A stretch of DNA of 64,000 nt from positions 17,780,783 to 17,844,782 of the forward strand of contig CAVNZM010000001.1 in assembly GCA_963693365.1 (NCBI GenBank). Direction: 5' to 3'. The position numbers were made by a program, and so were the translations under genes. The notes beneath the pieces were generated by a model. The model made no database searches and had not been told where the DNA came from. It worked only from the letters and a program-made list of their open reading frames with translations. This stretch comes from Amoebidium appalachense (lineage: Eukaryota > Protista > Ichthyosporea). The stretch's first letter is position 1. Each line of letters begins with the position of its first letter. Below, piece after piece: positions 14,006-25,258 of this stretch.

Positions 14006-16075
14006 TGTTAATTCGCACAGATCTATTCGGACACTTTTGTCCTAATTAACCTATTTTTAGACGATCGCGCTATTTCTAGCGCAGTTGCATAGTAACCAGG
14101 CCTCAAAAAGGTGAAAAACGTGAAATTCACGTCATTTCGACATAGTAACATATATAACATGTAGGGTCTCCGACGCCATCTCTTGGGCGCATTTGGTCAT
14201 CGAAGTTGGCGACCTTCTAAGAAAACACGTGGTTTTTCCGCTAAATTTTAATTTAAACTAAAATAACTTTCGTTGTGTGTTTCTGAAGCGGCTAAGACCA
14301 CTATGTGCTGCTAGTTAGAGATATAGGCTAACGCATGCAAAAAACCCGACCACCTAATCTTAATTCTGAGGCAACCTACCTAAGGTCCAACTTAGGGCAC
14401 TTTTATCGAGAAAACCTTAGCCACACTGTCCCTGTTACCACCCGTTCTACTTCTAAGACAATGTTTACGACTTTTCTTCAATTTTCTGGCTAGTTAATGA
14501 GGAAAGTAAGTACAAAAGGTTTTAAACGTGGTTCTTCTTTACACTTGTTGCTACTAGTTCCAGTCCCTTCTATTATAGAAAGACAAAATAAAGGAAGCTT
14601 ATACCCCACGAAAGGTATGCTCGAGATCACAAACCCAAAGCAGTCTGCAAAGTCTGCAACTTAACGTCCTCCCCCCCCCCCCCCCCCCCCCCCCCCCCAC
14701 CTCCTCTCTCTCTCACACACCTACTGCTCCTGCTCTTTGGTTCTGCGGTGACGTACAGGCACCCCCTTTTCCAGGTGCTGCTCGTAGCAGTTGCGATCTG
14801 AATTTATGTAGCACAATGCCACACCGCACCTGCTGCACATCCAGCTCACCCTGCTGCGGTTGTATCCCTATTGATCCGTGCGCGCGCACATAACACAGTC
14901 GAGCCGCTTGCCGGAACCGATAAGCACCGGGTGACAGAGGTTGCTTCGTTTGGCGGTTGTGGTGTTTGTTGACAGCGATTATGGTATGCGCGCGCTTTGT
15001 TTGCCGGCTGGCAGAAGTGGGTTGTTGAGAAGTTCACCCGCAAGTTTTTCGCACCACTGCTCGTTTGAAAGTGCATTCTTGTCCCCGTCTGCAATGAGAT
15101 GCTTGTAGGCCAGGTAGGTGTTTACAAACACCATACCAACTAACCCAGCAAAGGTGCGGTGCCAGGGTGTGTGGGGGACCTATGCCTGCTCGAGTGAACT
15201 GTTCCCTTGCCGGAGGTTCTTGTGTACGTCTGCACTGTTGAAATATGTGAAGAATTCGCGCACTGCTTTTGGCATGGGCACTTGTGTTCCGTTTTTTGTG
15301 ATACGGGGAGCTCCTGCTTCCGTACTTCCTGCCGTCGTTACTACACGCATGCTGAAATCCTTATCCTGCCAATGTATGGGGGGGATGGGAGAGGGAGAGG
15401 GCGAGCCCCCGCCCCCCACCCCCCTCCCCCCTCCCCTCAATAAAAAGGATATATACGCCTTCGCACATCCCACAACTAGCTGACGCTCCGTGGTACTTCT
15501 TCTACTTTCCCGTCGTAGTCTATGTGTACCAACCATTTATTGTTCTTTAATACTTGCACAGTTGTGCCTGTGAACTGTTTCGTTTCCCATTCTTCACCAA
15601 ACTGCTCTTTACTCCAACGTTCATCATCGTTCCTCACTTTACCATCAAAGATGCGTGGAAAAACCCAAACTCTCTGGTCTTTCCTTAAACGCCTAACCAT
15701 TTTCTTTTCTTTTCACCTATTTATACTCTAATTCTACCTTGTTCTTTTTGTTTTCTAGCGCGCAAACTAGCATGCAGTGTCTTTTAGTCCGGAAACCAAA
15801 CGGTGTCCGTGATCGGACAGTCGGACACCCCAAAACTGGGGAAAAACGGTTGCACCCATGATCTTTTGCGCGCCAAAAGCTACTCACCCTGCAGTCCTAT
15901 TGGTTTCCTATAAAGACAAAAAAGGCAGGAAAATACTAGACCTCATTGGCCATACCCAGCTTGTGGGGTGTTTCCTAGCGAAAACAACGCTAGCGACGCC
16001 GCCGAAATAGATAGGACACTTTTGTCCTTTTTAGCCATTAATTAGGACAGATTTGTCCGGTTATGCGGATTATCA
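14006..16075 (-). mobile_element. Internally deleted piggyBac-like DNA transposon with TTAA target-site duplication
   Basis: TTAA at 14002-14005 and 16076-16079. Imperfect TIR tgttaattcgca / tgcggattatca plus subterminal inverted repeat ggacacttttgtcctaattaa / ttaattaggacagatttgtcc. Transposase remnant HWQDK..VVTT..PKAVREFFTYFNSADVHKNLRQG..LEQA*..PWHRTFAGLVGMVFVNTYLAY followed by a Cys-rich tail. Confidence 0.7.
14846..15700 (-). pseudogene. piggyBac-type transposase fragments: N-terminal segment joined to the last part of the DDD domain and the Cys-rich C-terminus
   Basis: ORF pieces 15476-15700, 15180-15390 and 14846-15094, broken by a stop and frameshifts; most of the catalytic core is absent. 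Confidence 0.65.
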
Positions 16076-16416
16076 TTAAAACAACAAAGCGACAGCAGTT
16101 TAGTTCAGGGAGTTGATTTGTCGACCATACCTTCAAATCAATTACCTACAGTGGAGATCTAATAAGTATAAGGTGGCATCGTATGCATGCCCAAACAGCA
16201 CACACACACACCAGTTTAAACAGTCATGTATCGCGAAATTTAGTTTGATAGACCACATACATGTCACATTCACAACAGACACCCAAGAAGATAGCCTACC
16301 TACATATTACAACATCCTTGATTTTATACTAAACACGCGAAACTACGACCTGTTTATTAGATGTATTGATTGGCTTGAGAAACACGTCATTACAAAATTC
16401 TAGCACACGCACACTG

Positions 16417-16585
<169 letters not shown>

Positions 16586-17619
16586 ACCAGCTGATACCGA
16601 GTGTCCCAGGGGAGCCCGAAAAAAAACAAAAAAAGAAAAAAAAAACGGGGAACCCCAACTAATTGATTTTTCTAAGTCTTTAAAGATATATAATCATCAC
16701 CCGACAGCTATGTACGTGATCATGATATACCGCTGAGGGGATATTCCGAGCAAAAACCCCCCACACCTGAGATTGGTCTCTCTGTGCCTCGAGTAAACAG
16801 CGTACTTAGTAAACCCCCAATCCCCCAATCTGATCTCTCTCAAAATCTTAATGTACGCTTGGCCACAGCTTTTGAGTCATTTATTCCTAGCAAGCCGCGC
16901 TGTGAGGCTACGTGCCATAGCTGCCCAAAACGCATTGCCGCGCTCGCTGCAAACAGCGCAACGATCTAGACAATTGGTACCGAGATAGGCGAACATTCTC
17001 CAAGCGCATTTAGAGACCCCCAAAGTAGTCAAACTTCGTACCCCAAAAGTTCAAATTACAGTATTTGTCCCCGGTATCCGTTCTCCGTTCGTTATCGGGG
17101 CTATAAACACCCACTTATTTGCTCTTCAAAATCCGTGTCAGCGATTGGGCAAAAGGGTTTTTATCGTTTACCCTCCTCCCATTAGCCAATCAAATCGCAT
17201 ATATTTGCAGCTAGTACCCTGGCCTCCCCTCACCTCCCCCCCTCCACGTCCGGATCTTTCGAACCCTATTCGGGTTTACACACTTTTTATTGCGTGGACA
17301 CTGCCGGAGGCCCAGCCACATTCGACCGCCTACTGCGTTTTCCAGCACAGCCAATCAAATGCAGCCAGTGACATATGTACATGCTAGGCAACAATGAGCG
17401 CCATCGTAGTATATGACACCCCTACTGTTCGGGGGGCCCAGTCTAGTTATTTCATCTCGCCCCCTCCTCCCTTCTTCTTACTCTAAGCTTTGTAGGTAGG
17501 GGTATTTTTGATGTAGGGAGGGGTAATTTTAGATGGAGGGTGGAGATTTATGAATGTAGGGAGGGGGAATTTTAGATGGAGGGATAGGAGGGGTGTATTT
17601 TAAGTAGGTAAGTGGTTCT

Positions 17620-18735
17620 AGGTTGGGCAGCAAATTGCGTCGGGGGGGAGCCAGGTATTATTTGTGTCTTTCATATAAATTTAATTTTAATTTATTTTCT
17701 TCTCTTAACCGACATTAGTGAGGAATTTCAACCCTAAGCACTAACTAAATGGTAGGATACTTTTCTGGTCAGCTAGCTTCCGGGGGGAGCTAGGTATTAT
17801 AGGTAAACCCTTTTTTTATAGCGAGGATTTTCAGCCATTTACTAAAACCCAAAGTGGTTACATTAGCCCAATTTTAAAGATAAATTTAGTGTCTTTCATC
17901 CCAATTTAGTTCTAGTTTTTAATCTCCATTAGTGAGTAATTTCAATACTTAGCCCGTGCTATATGGTAGGATACTCTTCTGGGTTGGCAGTCTCCGGGGG
18001 AATAGGTATTTGAGGTAAACCTTTAAATGACAGTGACTATTTTTCAGCTATTTACAATATACAAAAGTGGTTACATGCACCTTAATTTTAAGCAAAAATA
18101 AGTGTCTTTTATAGTTATTTTATTAAAAATTTTAACCCACATTAGTGAGTAATTTCAATACTAAGCTCTAACTAAATGGTCGGATACTCTCCGGGCTAGA
18201 ATTGTTCCGGGGGGAGTTAGGTATTCGAGGTAAACCTTAAAATTACAAAGAGCATTCTCAGCCATTTACGAAAAACTAAAATCTATAAAATTCTATTTAT
18301 GACAAGCACCTTATTTCCAAGAAAAATTTGGTGTCTTTTATAGCCAATTTATTCCCCTGGGGACCTTTAGTTAGTGAGGAATTTCAATAGTTAGCTCGTC
18401 CTAGATTATAGGATACTCTCCTGGTTAGCTTGCTTCCGGGGGGAGCCAGGTATTATAGGTAAACCCTTTCTTCATAGAGAACAATTTCAGCCATTTACAA
18501 AATACAAAACTTGTTACATGCACCTTATTTTCAAGTAAAATTTAGTGTCTTTCATAGAAAATTTCTTAAAAATTTTAACCTCCATTAGTGAGGAATTTCA
18601 ATACTAAGCTCGTCCTAAATGGTCGGATACTCTCCTGGCTAGATTTGTTCCGGGGGGAGTTAGGTATTATAGGTAAACCTTAAATTGACAAAGAGCATTT
18701 TCAGCCATTTACTAAAAATTAAATTTATTACATTC
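17620..18735. repeat. Subterminal tandem array, ~5 diverged units of ~213-230 bp
   Basis: Anchor ttagtgag(g/t)aatttcaa recurs at ~17715, 17929, 18142, 18371 and 18585, each followed by ggatact...ccgggggga...ggtaaacc...ttcagc. Confidence 0.85.
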
Positions 18736-19049
18736 ACCCCAAAACACTACTGATTCCTGCACAATCACAATTGTTTCATGCACTTCTGTTATTCCTACAT
18801 TCATGCATAACCACATTTTATTCATGCACTCTTGTTATTCATACACCCATGTCATGCTCAAGAAAAATCGATCCGGTTATTTTTGTAATATGCTGATATT
18901 TTTTGGAATCAATTCTAAATGTTTAAAATCGTACTAAGACATGACCTGCCTAAATGATGATGATAAACCTTTACATTACAATAAATAATAATAGCTTGCT
19001 TAGTAAAAAGTCCCCTCTCAACTAGGAGAGGTAAATCTTAATTAATAAT

Positions 19050-20513
19050 TTAGAAGTAAGTAAGAATCATTAAACATGAAGAATGTAATGAGTTAAGGAT
19101 TACATCTGGATAGATTCCTAGAAGAATTACAAAAAAGATTAAGGGTAAAAGGGCATAAAATTCTCGACGAGAAAGATCACGAATAAGAACCGTTGAAAGG
19201 TATGGACTTAAAGACCCAAAAGACACACGATTGTAAAGAAATAAAGAATATGCAGCAGAGAAGATAACTCCTGTTGTAGCAAGAAAAGCTATAAATGGGT
19301 TATATTGAAAGATAGCTAAAAGAGATAAGAATTCTCCAATAAAATTAGCCGTTAAAGGTAAACCTAAATTAGCAAGGGAGAATAAAAGGAAAGAAAGAGA
19401 AAATAAAGGCATAACTGCAGCTATCCCTCTATAATATTTAAGAATACGAGTATGAGTACGTTCATATAAAAGAGTTACACAAATGAAAAGAGCGGAACTT
19501 GTAATACCATGAGCTACCATCAAGAAGATCGAAGCTTCAAGACCTTGAATACTACATGTAAATAAAGATAAAGTTACAAGACCCATATGACTAACACTAG
19601 AATATGCAATTATACGTTTAAGGTCTATCTGTCTAAGAGTTGTTAAACTAGCATAAATTACTCCTATCACACTGAATGTAAATACTAAAGGAGAGAAATA
19701 TACACTAGCGTAAGGGAATAACGGTAAAGAGAAACGAATAAACCCATAAGCACCTAATTTTAATAACACTCCAGCTAAAAAGACAGATCCAGCTACTGGT
19801 GCTTCAACGTGAGCTTGTGGTAATCATATATGAAACGGTACTTTAGGTATCTTAACAGCTAAAGAAGCATAGAAAGCTAAGAATAATCAAATTTGAGTTG
19901 TCTCATCTAATGTTAATCCTGCTGTTGCTAATAAAACTTGATAATCCGTTGTACCCATATTATAATATAACACAAAAATTCCTAATAACATTAATACCGA
20001 ACCTACTAAAGTATATAAGAAGAAATAATAAGCAGCTTGAACCTTTTGGCTACGACTTCCTCATACTCCTATTAATACAAACATTGGTATTAACACGCTT
20101 TCGAAGAATATGTAGAAAGAGATTACATCTAATACAGTGAAAACTAACATTAACATACCTTCAATTAGTAACATACTAATATAAAATTCTTTAATCATGT
20201 ATTTAATGCTATCTCAACTAGCTAAGATACATATTGGTGTTAATAATGCGGATAAGATGATAAAATTTAATCCTATACCATCTATCCCTAATGTAAACGT
20301 TCCACCTGCTAATGGTATTCAATCCATACTTGTTAACATTTGAAAATTTGTTCCACTCAAATCATAATCCATTCAGATTTTTAATGACATTCATAATGTT
20401 ATTATTGATGTTAATAACGATGTTCTTTTTATTTGTTCTTCTTTTTTCATTCCTAATAATATTATTAATGCTCCTATTCATGGTAAACTTACCAATATTG
20501 TTAATTTTTCCAT
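19050..20513 (-). CDS. nad4: Mitochondrial NADH dehydrogenase subunit 4, 487 aa, translation table 4
   Basis: ATG at 20513 in frame with TAA at 19050 (1464 nt). Motifs LGIDG, PFHIW(TGA)LPQAHVEAP, LLKLGAYG, DLKRIIAYSSVSHM, ANFIGE. Unlikely to be translatable from the nucleus because of TGA-Trp codons. Confidence 0.95.
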
Positions 20514-21475
20514 TCTTACTTTGATTTTTACCCTCTACTATTTTTCTTTCCTAAGATTGTTATTTCTTGCGTACGGCACTCTAAATTCCTAGGCCCAGTT
20601 ACCACGGGAGGACCACTCTTACAGTATCATTACTATAATACGGGGAGGAGCCGTTCAATAGGTAGGCTAATTTTATTAATTCAAAAGCTTTTATCATAGA
20701 TAAATTATATCTTGTTCTTCGCATGAATGGCTAAGATAAATAGGTTATTACATAAGTCGCAAGAATAAACCCCCTATAGCTACCATATGGTAACTTATCT
20801 TTGGCTCATGTCTGCAGCAAGACAAATTATAACTTGTCTTCAATGCCTATAGCATCTAGTATTATTTTTCTTAGCCTTATCGGGAAAACAGTCTGATGTT
20901 TTTAACCTAAACTGGTCACTAGACAAGAGTCTTGGTTATTTTTCATGACAGGGAAAATATTCTCTTATCATCTATGATAAAAGCATAAGAATATTTATAT
21001 TGACTGAAGGAGTCGCTAAATAACTAGACTTTAACTATCTAAAGGTATACTAAATAATCTTATGAGTCTGCCAAATTACCGCATCTGCCACAGCTAATCC
21101 AATTTATGATTGGTTTTGAAACCTTATACCTACGTTTAAACGCATTAAAGTCTGTGTGTTATATTAAATTTAATCTTTAAACTAGATTTGTTAATAAGGA
21201 AGTAACTATAACCTTTTAAGATCAATTCAATAAAGTTAATTTATTCTCTTCTCCCTCCGAGTCTATAATTTCTAACTTCCAAACTGCGGATTTGAAAATT
21301 AGCCTTCTAAATCTTAGATGCTCCAATGTGTTGACTATAGCTAAGCTTGTTTAGAACTAAGTTATTGCACACCTATTCAATGAACTGTTACGTATTCTTT
21401 TAAATATAGTGGTTTAGAGCTTACTTTAACATATTTATTCGGTATTAATTATACTAGTATCTTATTATTAGGTAT

Positions 21476-21558
21476 TATCTCTGGTGAGACTTGAACTCAC
21501 AAGACTATTCATCACTGTATCCTAAATACAGTCCGTTTACCAATTTCGACACAGAGAT
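21476..21558 (-). tRNA. trnL: Mitochondrial tRNA-Leu(UAG), intact
   Basis: Acceptor atctctg/cagagat, anticodon arm ctgta-ttTAGga-tacag, long variable arm, T arm gtgag-ttcaagt-ctcac. Confidence 0.9.
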
Positions 21559-21612
21559 CTCATAATCTAATAATCTTACGTTCAAAGATACCCCCCCCCA
21601 ACAAACCTCATT

Positions 21613-21839
21613 AGTTGAAAGTAAGACTTGAAAAGTTTTTACTAGTTTAATGCGAGTACTAAACGAGCTTGTCGTCGTATGATGACAAGAACATAAGACT
21701 TTTATCTTAGCGAGAAAGCTCTACTGAGACTCTAGTACTACCTTGGTACCTACGGAAATCGACGGAACTTTCGCGGTGCTCCCACCTACAACCAGTACAT
21801 TAGAAGTTTACTGTTCTACCCTATTTGAGCCCTATCAAT
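21613..21839 (-). pseudogene. tRNA-Arg(UCU)-like gene split in the T-loop by a 152-nt insert
   Basis: 5' part 21839-21783 (attgata..gctc..gaac, ctTCTaa loop, gtagg); 3' part 21630-21613 (caagt cttac tttcaac t). T-stem pairs across the insert; acceptor stem has two mismatches. Confidence 0.7.
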
Positions 21840-21994
21840 TAGCCTTGTAATAGGTATTGCAGGACTTTCGTAGGAAGGGTCCAACTAGCTTAGGAGAGAT
21901 CTTGCGCACTTAAAAAAGATCCTGCGCACTTAGGAGAGATCCTGCGCACTTGGAAGGGACCTTGTCGCTAGACATAAGTCTATACTCTTGCCTT

Positions 21995-22060
21995 AACCAG
22001 CAAACAAACTTACAGCTGTAATTTTGTAAGAATTATGCTCTACCAATTGAGCTAAATGCG
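21995..22060 (-). pseudogene. tRNA-Val(UAC)-like 5' fragment
   Basis: tagctcaattggtagagca D arm and taatt-ctTACaa-aatta anticodon arm; no recognisable T arm or acceptor 3' strand. Confidence 0.5.
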
Positions 22061-23219
22061 AGTTGCGAGTTCTAGACGAGCTTGTCGTCGTATGATGACA
22101 AGAGCATAAGACTCTTCTCTTAGCGATAAGGCTCTACTGAGACTCTACCTCAATCCTATCCCCATCCCTTTAGATATACCTTGGCCCTATAATTCTTGGC
22201 TTCCCCGATGAATGATCTTCTAATTAACCACTAAAATTAATATTCAACAATCAGCACTAAAGCAGAAACAATAGGCCTTTCACTCTAAAGAGCCCACCTT
22301 TAGCAAAAGATCCAACTATCCTGTGTACTTAAAGGGACTTGCATAACCCTCAACTTTATTTCTCACTGTATTATAAGAAAAGCGTGCATTAAGAAACTAT
22401 AACTATCAATCGCGAGAATTTATCTATTGAGACACAGAGATTAAGTTATTCTCGTAATTAATCCAATTATAAAGAAGGCACAAATCGAACTTTATACTCT
22501 ACAATAGAGCGACCTTTCTCAAAAGAACTTGCTTACAAGAGTTTCAGTAGAGCCTTATCGCTAAGAGAAGAGTCTTATGCTCTTGCCATCATACGACGAC
22601 AAGCTCGTTGTGAGAGTCTCTAAAGAGCCTTATCGCTAATAAACTTATGCTCTTTGACTCTGAGGAGCCCAAGAGTCTCAGTTGAGCCTTATCGCTAAGG
22701 AACTTATGCTCTTGGGTACCTACGGAAGCCTACGGAACTTTCGCGGTGCTCCAATCTGAGGATCCCAAACTCGTCTAGTATTCGCAACTCGTATTAGTAC
22801 TCGAAACTCGCAATTCACCTTGTACGGGTAAGGAGAATTTTACAAATCACCTCTTCTTCCCCTTCGTCATTTCTTGGATCTAATAGGACTTGAAAATTTC
22901 TTACTACTTTAACTTTTTCCGTCAAGGGAAAGAACCAATGACTCTTGTCTGGTGACAAGTCTCATGGCAAGAGCATAAGACTATTTGTCTTAACGACAGA
23001 GTACTCTTAGAGCGGTGACTCTACTGAGACTCTAGTACTAACTTGGTACCTACGGAAATCTACGTAACTTTCGCGGGGCTCCAACTTATAATCTTCAGTT
23101 TGTAAAACAGATGCTATATGCCCGTAACGTATCTCGGATTTCGCACTTACTCTGAACCTTACTTGTTGTCTCATGACAAGAGCATAAGACTATTCTCTAA
23201 GTTAGAAGTCCGTTAACGA

Positions 23220-23357
23220 ATTCTCTGATAAAACTTGGTACCTACGGAAATCGACGGAACTTTCGCGGTGCTCCACCCCATAACATATTCATTGGAAGTG
23301 GTCCTGCCGTGGTAACTCTGAACATCCCAAATGCTCTATTATTTGAGCTATAGAGAT
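23220..23357 (-). pseudogene. tRNA-Gly(UCC)-like gene with inserts in the T-loop and the anticodon arm; related copies at ~23420-23708 and ~23770-23906
   Basis: atctcta-tagctcaaataatagagc D arm, ctTCCaa loop preceded by extra sequence, atggg-gt[37-nt element]caagt-tttat-cagagaa. Confidence 0.55.
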
Positions 23358-24049
23358 AATAAGTGCTAAGAGGAGTTACATCAACATGCTTCACTAATTA
23401 AGTGGAATGTTTGTAACGTATCTCTGATGAGGCTTGAAAAGTTTTTACTATTTTAACTTATCCCGTCATGGGAAAGAACCAATGACTTTCGTCTGGTGAC
23501 AAGTCTCATGGCAAGAACATAAGACTATTTGTCTTAACGACAGAATACTCAACAAGCGGCTACTCTACTGAGACTCTAGTACGAACTTGGTACCTACGGG
23601 AATCGACAGAACTTTCGCGGTGCTCCAACCTATAAGATTTCATTGGAAGTAACCCTGCTGTGGTAACTCTGAACGTCTCAAAGGCTCGACCAATTGAGCT
23701 AAGGAGATAAAAGGTATCGAAAGGAGTTACATCAACATGCTTCACCAATTAAATTAGATGCTTGTAACGTATCTATGATTAGGCTTGGTACCTACGTAAA
23801 TCTACGGAACTTTCGCGGTGCTCCAACCTATAAGATTTCATTGGAAGTAACCCTGCTGTGATAACTCTGAACGTCTCAAAGGCTCAACCAATTGAGCTAA
23901 AGAGATAAAAGGTATCGAAAGGAGTTACATCAACATGCTTCACCAATTAAATTAGATGCTTGTAACGTATCTATGATTAGGCTTGGTACCTACGTAAATC
24001 TACGGAACTTTCGCGGTGCTTCACCCTTAAGCTACACTAGTCATATATA

Positions 24050-24274
24050 AGTGGATAGTAGGACTTGTAAATTCTTATTACTTTAATGCGAGTACTAAAC
24101 GAGCTTGTCGTCGTATGATGACAAGAGCATAAGACTTTTATCTTAGTGAGAAAGCTCAAAAGAGGCTCTAGTACCCACTTGGTACCTACGGAAATCGACG
24201 GAACTTTCGCGGTGCTCCAACCTACAACCTATTGATCCGTAGTTAACTATCCTATCCAATTGAATTATATCAAC
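24050..24274 (-). pseudogene. tRNA-Arg(ACG)-like gene split in the T-loop by a 151-nt insert
   Basis: 5' part 24274-24219 (gttgata..ctACGga..gtagg tt); 3' part 24067-24050 (caagt cctac tatccac t). T-stem pairs 5/5 and acceptor 6/7 across the insert. Confidence 0.75.
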
Positions 24275-24285
24275 TATTATCTGAC

Positions 24286-24356
24286 TGCACCATAGTGGAA
24301 TCGAATCACTATTATTGATATGAAAATCAAGGTCTTAACCGTTAGACGAATGGTGC
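24286..24356 (-). tRNA. trnE: Mitochondrial tRNA-Glu(UUC)
   Basis: Acceptor gcaccat/atggtgc, D arm gtctaacggttaagac, T arm agtga-ttcgatt-ccact. The anticodon loop reads 6 nt (tttcat), one T short, probably a homopolymer error or decay. Confidence 0.75.
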
Positions 24357-24562
24357 TATAATTTTTAAGGAGAGTGAGACTTGGTACCTACGGAAATCGA
24401 CGGAACTTTCGCGATGCTCCAATGCACGAGCCCGGAAGCATCAAATTAGCAATTAGAATGCTTTAGCAAACAGCAATCCATTCTGGTGAACCCAATCATA
24501 AATTTAACTCTCTTAATCCAATGACAGGTAGCATCGAGATGGTATGAGTTCATGGGATTCAA

Positions 24563-24614
24563 ATAAAGATCGACTCTTAAGAACCGTATGAGCGACTTTT
24601 ATCGCATACGGCTC
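24563..24614 (-). ncRNA. Group II intron domain V (24614-24581) and a possible short domain VI
   Basis: Minus strand gagccgtatgcgataaaagtcgctcatacggttc matches the group II domain V consensus GAGCCGTATGCG..GAAA..CGCACGTACGGTTC, with the AGC triad. 5' end and host exon not located. Confidence 0.8.
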
Positions 24615-24715
24615 GCGCAATTATCAAGAAATTTAATACATTAGATCCGGGTGTTACTAAAACCCCGATATCTCTCTGGTTATTACACCACTGTGAGAGC
24701 GCAGGTACACAGTAC

Positions 24716-24877
24716 CAAGCTAGCTTAGGCTATTGCCTGGCGCTCAGGGATTTTATCCCAAGCTAGCTTAGGCCATTCGCCTTGCGCACAAGGTACACAG
24801 TACCAAGCTAGCTTAGGCAATTCGCCTTGCGCACAGGGGGTATCATCCCAAGCTAGCTTAGGCTATTGCCAGGCGCC
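24716..24877. repeat. Four ~28-bp direct repeats
   Basis: caagctagcttaggc.att(c)gcc..gcgc recurs about every 42-45 bp, upstream of domain V on the minus strand. Confidence 0.75.
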
Positions 24878-25164
24878 CGTAAGATCACCTAGTTTAAATC
24901 AGCAAGATTTTACTTCGTAGCATAACTACTATCTCCTCCATTACAGAAGAGCATTCTCACTAATAGAGTAATCTTATGCTCTTATCATCATACGACGACA
25001 AGCTAGTCTAGGACTCGCAACTCGCATCTGTTCTTTTCAATTATGCTTTTATAGTCTTAGAGAACTACTAACATAGTACTAAATTCCTTACTATACATAG
25101 GTTTAAATCCAATTTAAGATTTTTATAAAGTTCATAAATTACAAATCCTGATCGGCTAAAATTA

Positions 25165-25258
25165 CAAAATTGACGATTTTTTGAAATTTGACGATTTTCC
25201 GGATTTTTGACAATTTTCCAAAATTGACGCTTTTCTGAAATTTGACATTTTCCGGACA
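25165..25258. repeat. Short subterminal array, 5 units of ~18-20 bp
   Basis: ttgac(g/a)(a/c)tttt-type core repeated just inside the right terminal inverted repeat. Confidence 0.75.

Larger units (their letters stand above)
21746..24420 (-). repeat. Nine copies of a 37-nt element ggagcaccgcgaaagttccgtcgatttccgtaggtac
   Basis: Copies at 21746-21782, 22716-22752, 23046-23082, 23238-23274, 23590-23626, 23788-23824, 23986-24022, 24182-24218 and 24384-24420. Copies 5-7 are spaced exactly 198 bp apart (tandem duplication). Confidence 0.9.

Noticed and set aside
19898-20524. Plus-strand ORFs 19898-20140 and 20312-20524
   Set aside because: These are antisense shadows of nad4, whose real frame is broken in the ORF track by TGA-Trp codons.
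20560-21470. Possible mitochondrial rrn5, rnpB or small-gene fragments upstream of nad4
   Set aside because: Only vague motif resemblance; a covariance-model search is needed.
21746-24420. CRISPR-like array of 37-nt repeats
   Set aside because: Spacing is about 155-930 bp, the intervening sequences are tRNA pieces and other repeats, the context is mitochondrial, and there are no cas genes.
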